Below, piece by piece: positions 18,135 through 27,500 of a stretch of 64,000 bases of DNA; positions within the stretch are counted from its first letter, which is position 1; each line of letters opens with the position of its first letter. The translations under genes and the position numbers were made by a program. The stretch lies in the NCBI GenBank assembly GCA_023265625.1, contig JAHFST010000001.1, positions 97,265-161,264 of the forward strand, written 5' to 3'. The DNA is from Deltaproteobacteria bacterium. GTDB lineage: Bacteria; UBA10199; JACPAL01; JAHFST01. The notes under the pieces were generated by a model, which saw only the letters and a list, made by a program, of their open reading frames with translations, had not been told where the DNA came from and did no database searches.

Positions 18135-18185
18135 GGGCGTGATATCCGCCAGAGGCGGATCAGTCCTTCGGCTGAAATCACGCCC

Positions 18186-19004
18186 CTACAAAATCAACAT
18201 ACAATCCCCATACGAAAAGAGATGGTATCCATTTCGGATGGCCTCCTGATAGGTGGCCATGATGAATTCGCGCCCGGCGAAGGCGGAGACCATCACGAGG
18301 ACGGTTGATTTGGGGCGGTGAAAATTGGTTAATAGGGCGTCGACGATGTTAAATTTAAAACCGGGTTGAATAAATAAATGCGTAAATCCCCCTTCATCCC
18401 CCTTTTTCAAAGACGCCCACGATTCCAACACCCGCACCGTCGTCGTCCCCACCGCGATCACCCGTCGTCCCTCTTCCTTGGCCTTCCGGATGGCTTGCGC
18501 CGTCTCTTCAGAAATCTCAAATTGCTCCCCGTGCATCGGATGTTCCTCGATTCGTTCAGTACGAATGGGTTTGTAAGTATCGTAACTGACATGCAGGGTG
18601 ACGTAGTGAATATCCACGCCAAGATTTTTAATTTTTTCCAGCAATGATTCCGAAAAATGAAAACCAGCCGTGGGTGCCGCCTTGGATCCTGGGACCTGCC
18701 CATAGACAGTACGGTATCGGACGAAGTCTTCCGGTGTGAAATCGGTCACTTTTTTTCGTTTGATGTAGGGCGGAAGGGCCGGGACGAGTTTGTCTTCGAA
18801 GGGGACTAGATCGGCCAGGGCATTGTTGAGTATGAGGACATCGCCGGGGAGCAGATAGTCGAGCAGGTCCGGAATTTGATGATGGGTCCAGTTTTGTTGG
18901 CCGCGGTCCAGGACCATCATGCGTGCCTCTTCCCGATTGGAGGGCGGATGCTGGGCGACTAGTTCCTTAGGAAAGGTGTAATCAAACAGCGAGGTATCCA
19001 TCAC
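18186..19004 (-). CDS. queA: S-adenosylmethionine:tRNA ribosyltransferase-isomerase QueA, short form (272 aa) apparently lacking the central beta-barrel domain
   Basis: PPYI ... AAPTAG ... AVGTT ... FFSYGD motifs. Confidence 0.75.
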   Translation of the reverse strand: MMDTSLFDYTFPKELVAQHPPSNREEARMMVLDRGQQNWTHHQIPDLLDYLLPGDVLILNNALADLVPFEDKLVPALPPYIKRKKVTDFTPEDFVRYRTVYGQVPGSKAAPTAGFHFSESLLEKIKNLGVDIHYVTLHVSYDTYKPIRTERIEEHPMHGEQFEISEETAQAIRKAKEEGRRVIAVGTTTVRVLESWASLKKGDEGGFTHLFIQPGFKFNIVDALLTNFHRPKSTVLVMVSAFAGREFIMATYQEAIRNGYHLFSYGDCMLIL

Positions 19005-20062
19005 TCTGGGTCCGTCGTGCCTGGTTTGAGTGAGTCGATGTCCATGGGTTTCGATTCAGGTCTTGTCTCTGGCATCGTCTCCGGTATCGTCTCTGGGATG
19101 GGCTCTGGTATTGTTTCTGAATCTGTCTCAGGGAGTGCCGCTCCGTTTGTGACCAGATGGCTCCCCGGGTAATAAAATTGCAAAATTTCCTGATACGTCT
19201 TTCCCTCATCCGCCATCCCCTTGGCCCCCCATTGGCAGAGGCCCACGCCATGGCCAAAACCATGGCCGGTGAAAACCACTTCATCGGGAAGATCCGATAA
19301 ATCAAAGAAGGTGCTGGGGAGTTGCGTGTAGCCCAAGGCCTTGCGGAAGGCGTTTCCCGTGATGATTTTTTTGCCATGATGCTTGGTTTGAACGACCAGC
19401 TCAGAGACTCGTGCGGAAGGATAACGACGGTCGATTTTGATATGTTCGATGACCTCGGAGGGGCCTATCCAATTGGATAACAATTCAGCCAGCTTGGATT
19501 TTTCGATGCGGTATTCCCATTGATAGCGGGGACAGGCCTCACAGTAAGGATCAGCATGGAGTTGTTGTACCGCATCTGCGGAGACAGCGGGCCAGACATT
19601 ATCACTGCTTTCGGATTGTCCCCCGCAACAGCTGTGAAAAAAAGTGGGAAAGAGTTCGTGATGTTCGGTTAAAACCACCCCGGAGGTTTCGGAGACCGCC
19701 TGCTGGATGGATCGACTTGGCTTGTTTTTGTGGCCGTAGACTTGATCGGATACGGTGGCCTCGATGTCATACGCCTTGGAACGAGGATGGGCCTTGCGGT
19801 ACAGGGCATAGGTTCGACTCGCAATCGCTTGCGCCTCAAGGGCCTCCAGGGGCCAATTCCCCGGGACTTCGTGGGCCAATACCCCCAAGAGATACTTTTC
19901 GATCGGGACTTCCTTGACTTGGAGTTTTTTTTGAGAGGCGACGGCTACCCGTAACGTAGGGGAAAATGTGCCTCCGCAGGCAGTGACCAGTAGTAGTGGG
20001 AGTAAGAGTAACCATTTACCCATAAGAGCCAGGTTCCTAGTGTAATCCGAGTGTCTTGACAA
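19001..20062 (-). CDS. SpoIID/LytB-domain protein (peptidoglycan amidase enhancer family) with a C-terminal PETxPE-type repeat tail
   Basis: LEALEAQAIASRTYAL motif. N-terminal lipoprotein-like signal. Confidence 0.7.
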   Translation of the reverse strand: MSRHSDYTRNLALMGKWLLLLPLLLVTACGGTFSPTLRVAVASQKKLQVKEVPIEKYLLGVLAHEVPGNWPLEALEAQAIASRTYALYRKAHPRSKAYDIEATVSDQVYGHKNKPSRSIQQAVSETSGVVLTEHHELFPTFFHSCCGGQSESSDNVWPAVSADAVQQLHADPYCEACPRYQWEYRIEKSKLAELLSNWIGPSEVIEHIKIDRRYPSARVSELVVQTKHHGKKIITGNAFRKALGYTQLPSTFFDLSDLPDEVVFTGHGFGHGVGLCQWGAKGMADEGKTYQEILQFYYPGSHLVTNGAALPETDSETIPEPIPETIPETMPETRPESKPMDIDSLKPGTTDPE

Positions 20063-20092
20063 GGTGCGTTATTTTCCTTACTCTGCTCCGAT

Positions 20093-21601
20093 ATGTCACT
20101 CAAAAGACTTTCCCTGGGGATGAAGATGGCCCTCGTGGCGAGTCCCGTGCTGAGTTTGATTGTTGTGGGTCTGACTTCTATTGTTTTTTCCCCAAAAATT
20201 CAATTGATTACCCAAATTAGCTGGCATTTTTTTCTGCTATTTTTGGTGGTGGTCACCATCTTGTTGACGCTGTTGAATTTTACCTTCCTGTCTTACTTCT
20301 TTGTCGATCGACCGCTGAAAGAATTGATCGCGATCATGGCGACGGCGGAAAAGCGCGATTTTTTGGCCCGGGCCCCGGTTCGTTCCACGGACATCATCGG
20401 GCAATTGGCGCAAAATTTTAATCACCTCTTGGAGCGTATTACGATCCTCGACGCGTTTAAGATTGAAACGGAGCGTGAGCTGATCTCGGCCCAGGAGGAG
20501 TTGAAATACAAAAAGACCATGGAAGAGAACAGCCGACTTATTGAAAAAACAAATTTGGAACTCCAGGACCGGCTCAAGGAACTTTCCCTGCTGCATGAGT
20601 TTTCCCAAAAAATCACGTCCACTTTGGAGGTGGACGAGTTGTCGCATATTTTGTCCGCGTTTATTGTCAAGACGCTCGAGTTTAAGGAATTTGTTTTTTT
20701 AGTCCTGGATGAACAGGAAAAAAACCTGACGGTGCGGGCGGCAGAAGGTTTTGATGAGTCATCCGGGGTTTACGCGATGAGTTTCCATCCGGGGGAGGGG
20801 ATTACCGGTCGTGTTTGGAAGCAGAAAAAGACGGATTATATCCCGGACACGCGCATGGAGCGGCATTATCTATATTACAAAGGCGAGAAGCGTCAGGACG
20901 GTTCCTTTTTGTCCATTCCGTTGGTTTTTAAAAATCGGGTCCAAGGGGTGCTGAATTTTTTCCGTCCCGGTTTCAATAGTTTTTCTCCGGAAGAAATCCA
21001 ATTCCTCAACACCTTGGCCGTCGAGATCGGGATTGCCTTGGTGAATGTGAAGCTCTACTCCAAGACGCGCGAGTTATCGGTGCGTGATGAATTGACTCAG
21101 CTGTACAATCGACGCCATTTTCAAACCGTTTTCCCTTTAGAAATAAAGCGGGCGCAGCGGTTTGGCAAGTCACTGTCCTTGTTGATGATGGACTTGGACC
21201 ATTTCAAAAAATACAATGACTCTCATGGGCATTTGGAAGGGGATGAGTGTTTGAAGGAGTTTGCCAATCTGATTTTGGGCAACATTCGTGAGGTCGATTT
21301 TTTTGCCCGGTTTGGTGGGGAAGAGTTTGTCCTGGTGTTGCCCAATACCCCCAAGGAGGATGCCGTCAAGGTGGGGGAGAAATTACGTCTGGCGGTTCGG
21401 GAACGTCCCTTCCATAAGGCGGAATCGCAGCCGAGGGGAAGCCTGTCGGTCAGTATGGGGGTTTCCTCTTTTCCCGAGGATGGTGATGCGATGGAAGAAA
21501 TCATCGATGCGGCGGATATCGCCCTGTATCAGGCGAAGGGGGCGGGGCGGGATCATGTGTTGGGGTATTGCAAGGACGATTCTGTCAAAAAGTTGGCGTA
21601 G
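20093..21601 (+). CDS. Membrane-anchored GAF-GGDEF diguanylate cyclase
   Basis: TM segments, HAMP-like linker, GAF domain, then RFGGEEF with an intact active site. Confidence 0.85.
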   Translation: MSLKRLSLGMKMALVASPVLSLIVVGLTSIVFSPKIQLITQISWHFFLLFLVVVTILLTLLNFTFLSYFFVDRPLKELIAIMATAEKRDFLARAPVRSTDIIGQLAQNFNHLLERITILDAFKIETERELISAQEELKYKKTMEENSRLIEKTNLELQDRLKELSLLHEFSQKITSTLEVDELSHILSAFIVKTLEFKEFVFLVLDEQEKNLTVRAAEGFDESSGVYAMSFHPGEGITGRVWKQKKTDYIPDTRMERHYLYYKGEKRQDGSFLSIPLVFKNRVQGVLNFFRPGFNSFSPEEIQFLNTLAVEIGIALVNVKLYSKTRELSVRDELTQLYNRRHFQTVFPLEIKRAQRFGKSLSLLMMDLDHFKKYNDSHGHLEGDECLKEFANLILGNIREVDFFARFGGEEFVLVLPNTPKEDAVKVGEKLRLAVRERPFHKAESQPRGSLSVSMGVSSFPEDGDAMEEIIDAADIALYQAKGAGRDHVLGYCKDDSVKKLA

Positions 21602-21623
21602 GGGCGGCCCTGTGTGGTTGCCC

Positions 21624-22304
21624 CTACAGTCCCATCTGTGCCATCACCAATTTCAAATCCTCCCAGCATGGTTTTTTCATATTGGGATTTCGCAGCAGAA
21701 AAGCCGGATGGTAGGTGGGCATCAGTTGGCTCCCATGAAAATCGTGAAACTTCCCGTGAAGCTGGGTGATACCGACCTTGGTGGCGAGGAGCGTCTGGGT
21801 GGCGAGGTTGCCCAGTGTGATGATGAACCGGGGCTGAATGGCGCGTATCTGTTGGAGGAGGAATGGAAAGCATTCCGCCGACTCCTCGGGCAAGGGAAGG
21901 CGGTTATCGGGAGGTCGGCATTTGACGATATTGGCAATGTAAACCTTTTCTCGTGACAACCCCATCGCCTCAATCATCTTGGTCAAGAGTTGGCCCGCCC
22001 GGCCGACAAAAGGTTCCCCTTTCAGGTCTTCATCCCGCCCCGGGGCCTCTCCGATAAACATCAATTCGGTCTTGGGGTTGCCGGTGCCAAAGACAATATT
22101 GGTTCGTCCCTCGCAGAGCCGGCAACGTTTGCAGTCGCCGATTTCTTCGCGGATCGATGTTAATGTAGGGGCAGACCCATGTGTCTGCCCTTTTTGGGTA
22201 GGCGCGCCCCTACGAATCGGCAATTCGGTGATCCCGGCCTCCTGAAGGTTTTTAAGGTGCACCGTGATTTGTTGTCGGATGACCGCTAATTGTGCTTGAT
22301 TCAT
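21624..22304 (-). CDS. Family-4 uracil-DNA glycosylase (Fe-S)
   Basis: GEAPGRDEDLKGEPFVGRAGQLL motif. Cys cluster CKRCRLC. Confidence 0.8.
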   Translation of the reverse strand: MNQAQLAVIRQQITVHLKNLQEAGITELPIRRGAPTQKGQTHGSAPTLTSIREEIGDCKRCRLCEGRTNIVFGTGNPKTELMFIGEAPGRDEDLKGEPFVGRAGQLLTKMIEAMGLSREKVYIANIVKCRPPDNRLPLPEESAECFPFLLQQIRAIQPRFIITLGNLATQTLLATKVGITQLHGKFHDFHGSQLMPTYHPAFLLRNPNMKKPCWEDLKLVMAQMGL

Positions 22305-22331
22305 AGGATAACCATCACTAAATCTCGTGGC

Positions 22332-23243
22332 ATGTCTTGCTTCTTGCTTCTAGTCTCTTGCCTCTTGTTTTTTCCCCGCTCCCTCTTCGCCTGGGGCCCC
22401 ATCGCGCACTTGGACTACGCCAGTGCCATGCTGGAAAACGTAGCGGCTTTTACCCCGGCGGTCAAGCTTCTGCTCACGCGATTTCCGTTTGATTATCTCT
22501 ACGGGACCTTGGCGGCGGACATCACTCTGGGCAAGGCCTATGTGGATTATATCCATAACTGTCACAACTGGCGGGTGGGATTCTTGATCCTGAATGATGC
22601 GGAGGATGACCGGCAGCGGGCCTGCGCCTACGGGTATCTCTCTCATCTGGCGGTGGATATCATCTCTCACAACTATTTTGTCCCCTTCAAGACGATTCGC
22701 AGTTATCCCACCCGAACCCTGGGACATGTTTATTGGGAGATGCGTTTTGATGCCCTCCGTCCCAAACCGGTTTGGGACCTGGCAAAAAAAATTTCCACCA
22801 TGAGTTTTCCGCATGACGATGTCTTGTTTCGAAGGATGCTGAAAAAAACGCTCTTTTCCTTCAAAACGAACAAGCAGATTTTTAATAGTGTCCTGACGTT
22901 GCATCGGTTTGAACATTGGAAGACGATGATGAATAAACTTTCGGATATCTCGCGTTGGAAGTTTGGGGTGGAAGACGCGGATGACTATCGCCAATTGGCC
23001 CTCGATTCGGTCAGCCGCTTTTTAAAGGATCCCGAAAAGGCGCCTTGCACCTTGGTGGACCCGACCGGGGCGGACAAACTGCTCTATGCCAAGGAACTGC
23101 GGCATGATTTGAAGGATCTGGTGCGGCGCCGGATTATTTCGGAGCCGGAGGCCAGTCGATTTCTCACCAAGGTCAAAAAGGCCCTGCGCGATACTATCTA
23201 CCATCCCGGGGCGGAACTTCCGAGTGTTACTGAATTGATTTGA
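22332..23243 (+). CDS. Secreted zinc-dependent phospholipase C / S1-P1 nuclease-fold protein
   Basis: Signal peptide, then WGPIAHL...SHLAVDIISHN. Start moved to ATG 22332 because the 22290 start would overlap the divergent UDG gene. Confidence 0.55.
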   Translation: MSCFLLLVSCLLFFPRSLFAWGPIAHLDYASAMLENVAAFTPAVKLLLTRFPFDYLYGTLAADITLGKAYVDYIHNCHNWRVGFLILNDAEDDRQRACAYGYLSHLAVDIISHNYFVPFKTIRSYPTRTLGHVYWEMRFDALRPKPVWDLAKKISTMSFPHDDVLFRRMLKKTLFSFKTNKQIFNSVLTLHRFEHWKTMMNKLSDISRWKFGVEDADDYRQLALDSVSRFLKDPEKAPCTLVDPTGADKLLYAKELRHDLKDLVRRRIISEPEASRFLTKVKKALRDTIYHPGAELPSVTELI

Positions 23244-24534
23244 CGGCGTAAAAGGGGATGGATTCGACCTTGTCGTGGGTGGCAAAATTGGCCGCCGAGA
23301 TCTTATAGGCCTTGTAAATGAATGCCTTTTTTTCCTGCAAAAAGAAGTGCAGACTTTTGAGCCTGCCCTCACGGGCGCTTTTGACCTCGATGGGGACGAC
23401 TCCCGATGGATTCTCCAAGAGAAAGTCGACTTCCGCCATCGCGGATCTTTCCTCGCGGTGCCAATAGAAGAGTTGCGGCGCTTGATTGGGAGGTGTCATA
23501 CTCACCAACTCTTGGGCGACGAACTGTTCCGCGATGCCTCCCCGGTGCGCCAGCATGGTTTTTTTTTCGAGATAGAGTTGGGCCAGGCTGAGACCTAACA
23601 GGCGTTGGCAAAGACCCACATCCAGAAAGAAAATCTTGAATTTTTTCGGATTAATCTGGGCCCCGAGCGGTAGGCCGTTGGCCGAGGAATGGCAAGTTCT
23701 ATAGGCCAGTCCTGATTTTTCCAGCAAATGGAGGACGGAGGCCAGTTCCCGGGATTTTACATCCGGATCCACATGGCTATATTTCCACTTTTGTCCCAGG
23801 AGACGTGGGATCGATTGAAAAGAGATCTGCAGGTATTCGATGTTTGTTTTTGAGGCGTATTTGTAAAAATCCTCCCGAAAACTGGCGACGAGCACCTGCT
23901 GTACCTCCTGGCATCTTTGTAAATTTTGTGTTTCCACGTAGGCCTTGACCGCTTCCGGCATGCCTCCGATCAGGCAATAAAGGGCCACCGCCTCCAGGAG
24001 CTTTTCGTGGATGGGTTCGGGGAGGGGAGTTTTGGCATGGGCGTTGTGAATGGTATCTAACCAATCATCGTGGGAAATGGCGGTAAGATATTCCTCGAAG
24101 TTCAAAGGAAATAAGTGAAAAAACTCGATCCTGCCGACCGGGTAACTGAGATCTTGGAAGGAAAACTCCAGCAGTGATCCTGCTGCGATGACATGAAGTT
24201 CCGGTAAATTTTCCTTAAAATATCGTAGTGACAAAATGGCTTCTTTGGAGTTTTGGATTTCATCGATAAACAAAAGGGTTCCTGGCTTGATTTCTTTTCC
24301 GCTCAGGAACGACAGGGCGGCGATCAGTTCTTGGGGTTTGCCAAAAAGTTCCTTAAAAATTTTGCGATAATCGGGTTCGGCCTCCAGGTTTATTTCTACG
24401 AAGTTCGGGTAGGATAAGCCATGTTCCCTCACCAACCAGGTCTTTCCGACCTGACGAGCCCCTCGGATCAGCAACGGCAGGCGCTGGGATTTCTTTTTCC
24501 AGAGGTCGAGATGGGTAGAGGCAAAGCGGTACAT
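23227..24534 (-). CDS. AAA+ ATPase with a DUF4143 C-terminal domain
   Basis: LIRGARQVGKTWL Walker A. Lies 65 nt downstream of the giant gene on the same strand. Confidence 0.75.
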   Translation of the reverse strand: MYRFASTHLDLWKKKSQRLPLLIRGARQVGKTWLVREHGLSYPNFVEINLEAEPDYRKIFKELFGKPQELIAALSFLSGKEIKPGTLLFIDEIQNSKEAILSLRYFKENLPELHVIAAGSLLEFSFQDLSYPVGRIEFFHLFPLNFEEYLTAISHDDWLDTIHNAHAKTPLPEPIHEKLLEAVALYCLIGGMPEAVKAYVETQNLQRCQEVQQVLVASFREDFYKYASKTNIEYLQISFQSIPRLLGQKWKYSHVDPDVKSRELASVLHLLEKSGLAYRTCHSSANGLPLGAQINPKKFKIFFLDVGLCQRLLGLSLAQLYLEKKTMLAHRGGIAEQFVAQELVSMTPPNQAPQLFYWHREERSAMAEVDFLLENPSGVVPIEVKSAREGRLKSLHFFLQEKKAFIYKAYKISAANFATHDKVESIPFYAVKSIQ

Positions 24535-24578
24535 CCTTGATATATATCCACATTACGGACAAAGTACAAGGGTATTTT

Positions 24579-24593
24579 ATCCATAATATGGAT
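24579..24593. promoter_or_regulatory. Perfect 15-nt palindrome ATCCATA-A-TATGGAT, 7 nt downstream of the giant gene stop. A third ATATCCA half-site lies at 24544..24550.
   Basis: Read directly from the sequence. Confidence 0.35.
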
Positions 24594-24599
24594 ATAATT

Positions 24600-27500
24600 C
24601 TATCTTGTCTGTGTTGTCGTACCGGTCCTGGTGCTCGTGGTCCCGGTCCGGGTGGTGGTTTGGCGGGTTGTGGAGGTGTCTCGGGTGGGGGCGATGGTTG
24701 GTGTACTGGTTGTCGGGGTTGGCGTTGCGGTGGGGGAAACGCTGGGGGCTGCTGTTGGTGCAGTGGGTGCGACGGTTGCTGGAGCGCTGGCCTCCGGAGT
24801 GGCCACTTGAGGGGAGGTTATTGGTGCTGGCGCCGCTGCGGGTGTGGTGGGTGCCACAGAATTTACCGAGAAGATATCGGCTAGCGAATTGATCACCGCT
24901 TGATCGGCGGCGGTATCTACCGAGGTGGAAACCCGGGTGGAGAGGTCGTTGCGAGTTTGTTCCGGGATGGTTGTATCCGCCGAGATGGCTTCCTGGGTGG
25001 CGGTGACGACGATGTCATTCATCTGATCCTTGAGGCTGGCCCCGCCTTGCGTGGCCGCCGAAGAGACCACATCGTTGGCGCTGCTGGGAGCGGCGTTAGC
25101 CGCTGCCGCCTGATCTGTCGCCGCAGTTGGCAGATCTGTGACGGCGCTTGGCTGAGCTGTTACGGCATTGGGCTGAGCCGCCGCCGCTGGGTTGGTAATC
25201 GCCTTATTCGTGGCGGCTTCTGCGGATTGTTTAATTTCCTCGATACCCGCTTTGACCCCCTCTTGAGTTGCTGCGGCAATCGAACCCGCCAGGTCATTAT
25301 TGATCTTGCCTAAGACCTCTTGTTTGAGACTATCTTGTTGTTGCGGGGTGAGATTGGAGGTGGCCTCAATTTGTTTGCTGACATTCGTTTTGATGTCGGT
25401 CATGGCCCTTTGGCTGGTTTCTGCCAGGGCCCGGGCGGTGTCTTCCATCACCCGCTGCATCTCTTGTTGCTGCTGGATGGAAAGGACGACCTGCGGGCCG
25501 GTGGTCATCTGTCTCTGGAACTGCTCCACCACATTCACACGGATCTTCTCCTTGATGGCGGCGTCAATGACCCCGCCGCTGGTACGCAGCGCATTGGAGA
25601 GGTCTTGCAGGAACGGATCTTGGACCTTCTCGGGTACGGCAGTTGTACCGGCCGGGGCCTGGACTTTTTGGTCCAGGTTGCCGATATCCTGGGATTTTGC
25701 GCCGTCCTGGAAAGAGCTCTTCGGGACACCACCTGGGAAGGGGGGGATTGGATCAATGCCCTTGTCAGGTAAGCCCTCTTTTGTATCGATGATAGGGCTT
25801 TTGGAACACGCCGAGGACTTTGCCTCATAGGCCCCGAGGTCGTAGAAGCACCCCTGGGGACGCGTGACCTGGTCCAGATCTAGAATTGGATTATCAAACA
25901 TATACCCCTTGTATTCGAGGACCTGTTTGTATTCAGTTGTTTCAGAGTCCCCCTGGTCGATAGCGATTGAGTTGGCAATATTCTTGAGGTGATAATCACC
26001 CTTTTGATGATCAACGAAGTTTCCTGGGAAGTCGCTGTCGTATCCGAATTCATTTTTCTCCCCAGGGCTGTTTGATGTGATCATGCAGGTGTTCTTGGGT
26101 TCATCGGTTCCGAAGAAGGCATTGTGATGAATATTCTTCAGTCCCGTTATTTCCAGATTCGATGGGTTATGATGCATCGAACACACGGGACCGCTCAGGA
26201 GGTTGTTGAATATCTTAGGCATCGGTATCTTCTGGGTGGTTGGACTATCCTTGTACACCTTCTCAACGCATTGGTCGTATTGCTGGTAAGCGACGGTGTC
26301 GCATTGGTCGAGATATTTCTGGCACTGGAGTGTTTGTTCCAAATAGGGTTTAAGCACTGTTTTAGCATCAGATGACTTGATGGTCTCTGGGCAACCTTCG
26401 GGAGGGATAACAGCCGCAAAGCCAAAGAGATTCATGCAGGATAAGGCTACCCCTGCGTCTTCGAGCTTCTTGCAAGAGGAAATGCCTGTTGCATCGGGGT
26501 AAACGGCGAAGAGTTTCTCGTTTGAGCCAAGAAAGGCATCTCCCTTATTATCCTGACACTGGGAATCAACGGTGTTCTGCAGGAGATCGACGCCCGCATC
26601 CTGCAGCTCAACTCCGTGACAGGTCTTCTTGCCAAGGGCCTTGATCAAGTTGTTGGAAATAACGCGATTGCGGAGACCTGGGAATCCCAGGCCATGCCAG
26701 GAGACACCGTAGAAGTCCTGGTCCGCCTTGGCCGTTGCCTCGATCTTGTTTCGGTCGAGGACGAGGGTGGGGGCGTCTCCGGCCAGGAAGCGGGCGAGGT
26801 CCATGCAGCCCGTGCTGAGGCAGCTCGAAAAATTTTCCGTATCTTTGGAGCCGGGGATCGGACGCTCACATGTTTTACAGGCTGGAAAATCGGAATGTTT
26901 GGGACATTCATCGGGTCCCAACATCCAGCCAAGCTCGATCTGTTTGAGGCATTCGGAGAGGCTTGGAGTGGGTTCCTTGGGCAGGAAACTGGCAAGATAA
27001 TTGTTAGCCCAATCCTTGCAAGACCCTTCACCACGGAATCCATAAGTCTTCACAGCCTTTCCTCCCTCGATAGTATTACCCCGGATCAAAAAATCTAGGG
27101 GGGAGCAGGAGGCGGTTGAGACATAGATCCCGGTGCTGGCAACTAGCGAGGTCCCCGCGTGGATCTGGTTATTTTCCAGGACCGGCTTAGCCCTCTCGAG
27201 AGAGGACGACTTGATCTCCAGGGCGGTGCTGAACATGTTCGGGTAGGATGTGTTGGTGTTTCCTTCGATGGTATTGTCGCGGATCTGTGGCGATGCATTT
27301 TCCCCAATCTTGATCCCGGTCGGGGTGGCTATCGACGTGTCCTTATCCGGCAGATAAGCCAGGGCCACGATTTCGTTATGGGCGAGTGTGGGAGAGGCAT
27401 TGGCAATCGAAATGGGGACGCAATTTGCTCCGAATGTGAATGTGAGAGACTTGTCGGGTTTGAGCGTTATCCGGAAGCCGTCAATCAGGCTGTCCGGGCC

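Noticed and set aside
24603-24900. C-terminal sorting signal (LPXTG, PEP-CTERM, T9SS CTD or RTX) on the giant protein
   Set aside because: No such motif is present. The tail is simply Pro/Thr/Ala-rich and ends in TTTQTR.
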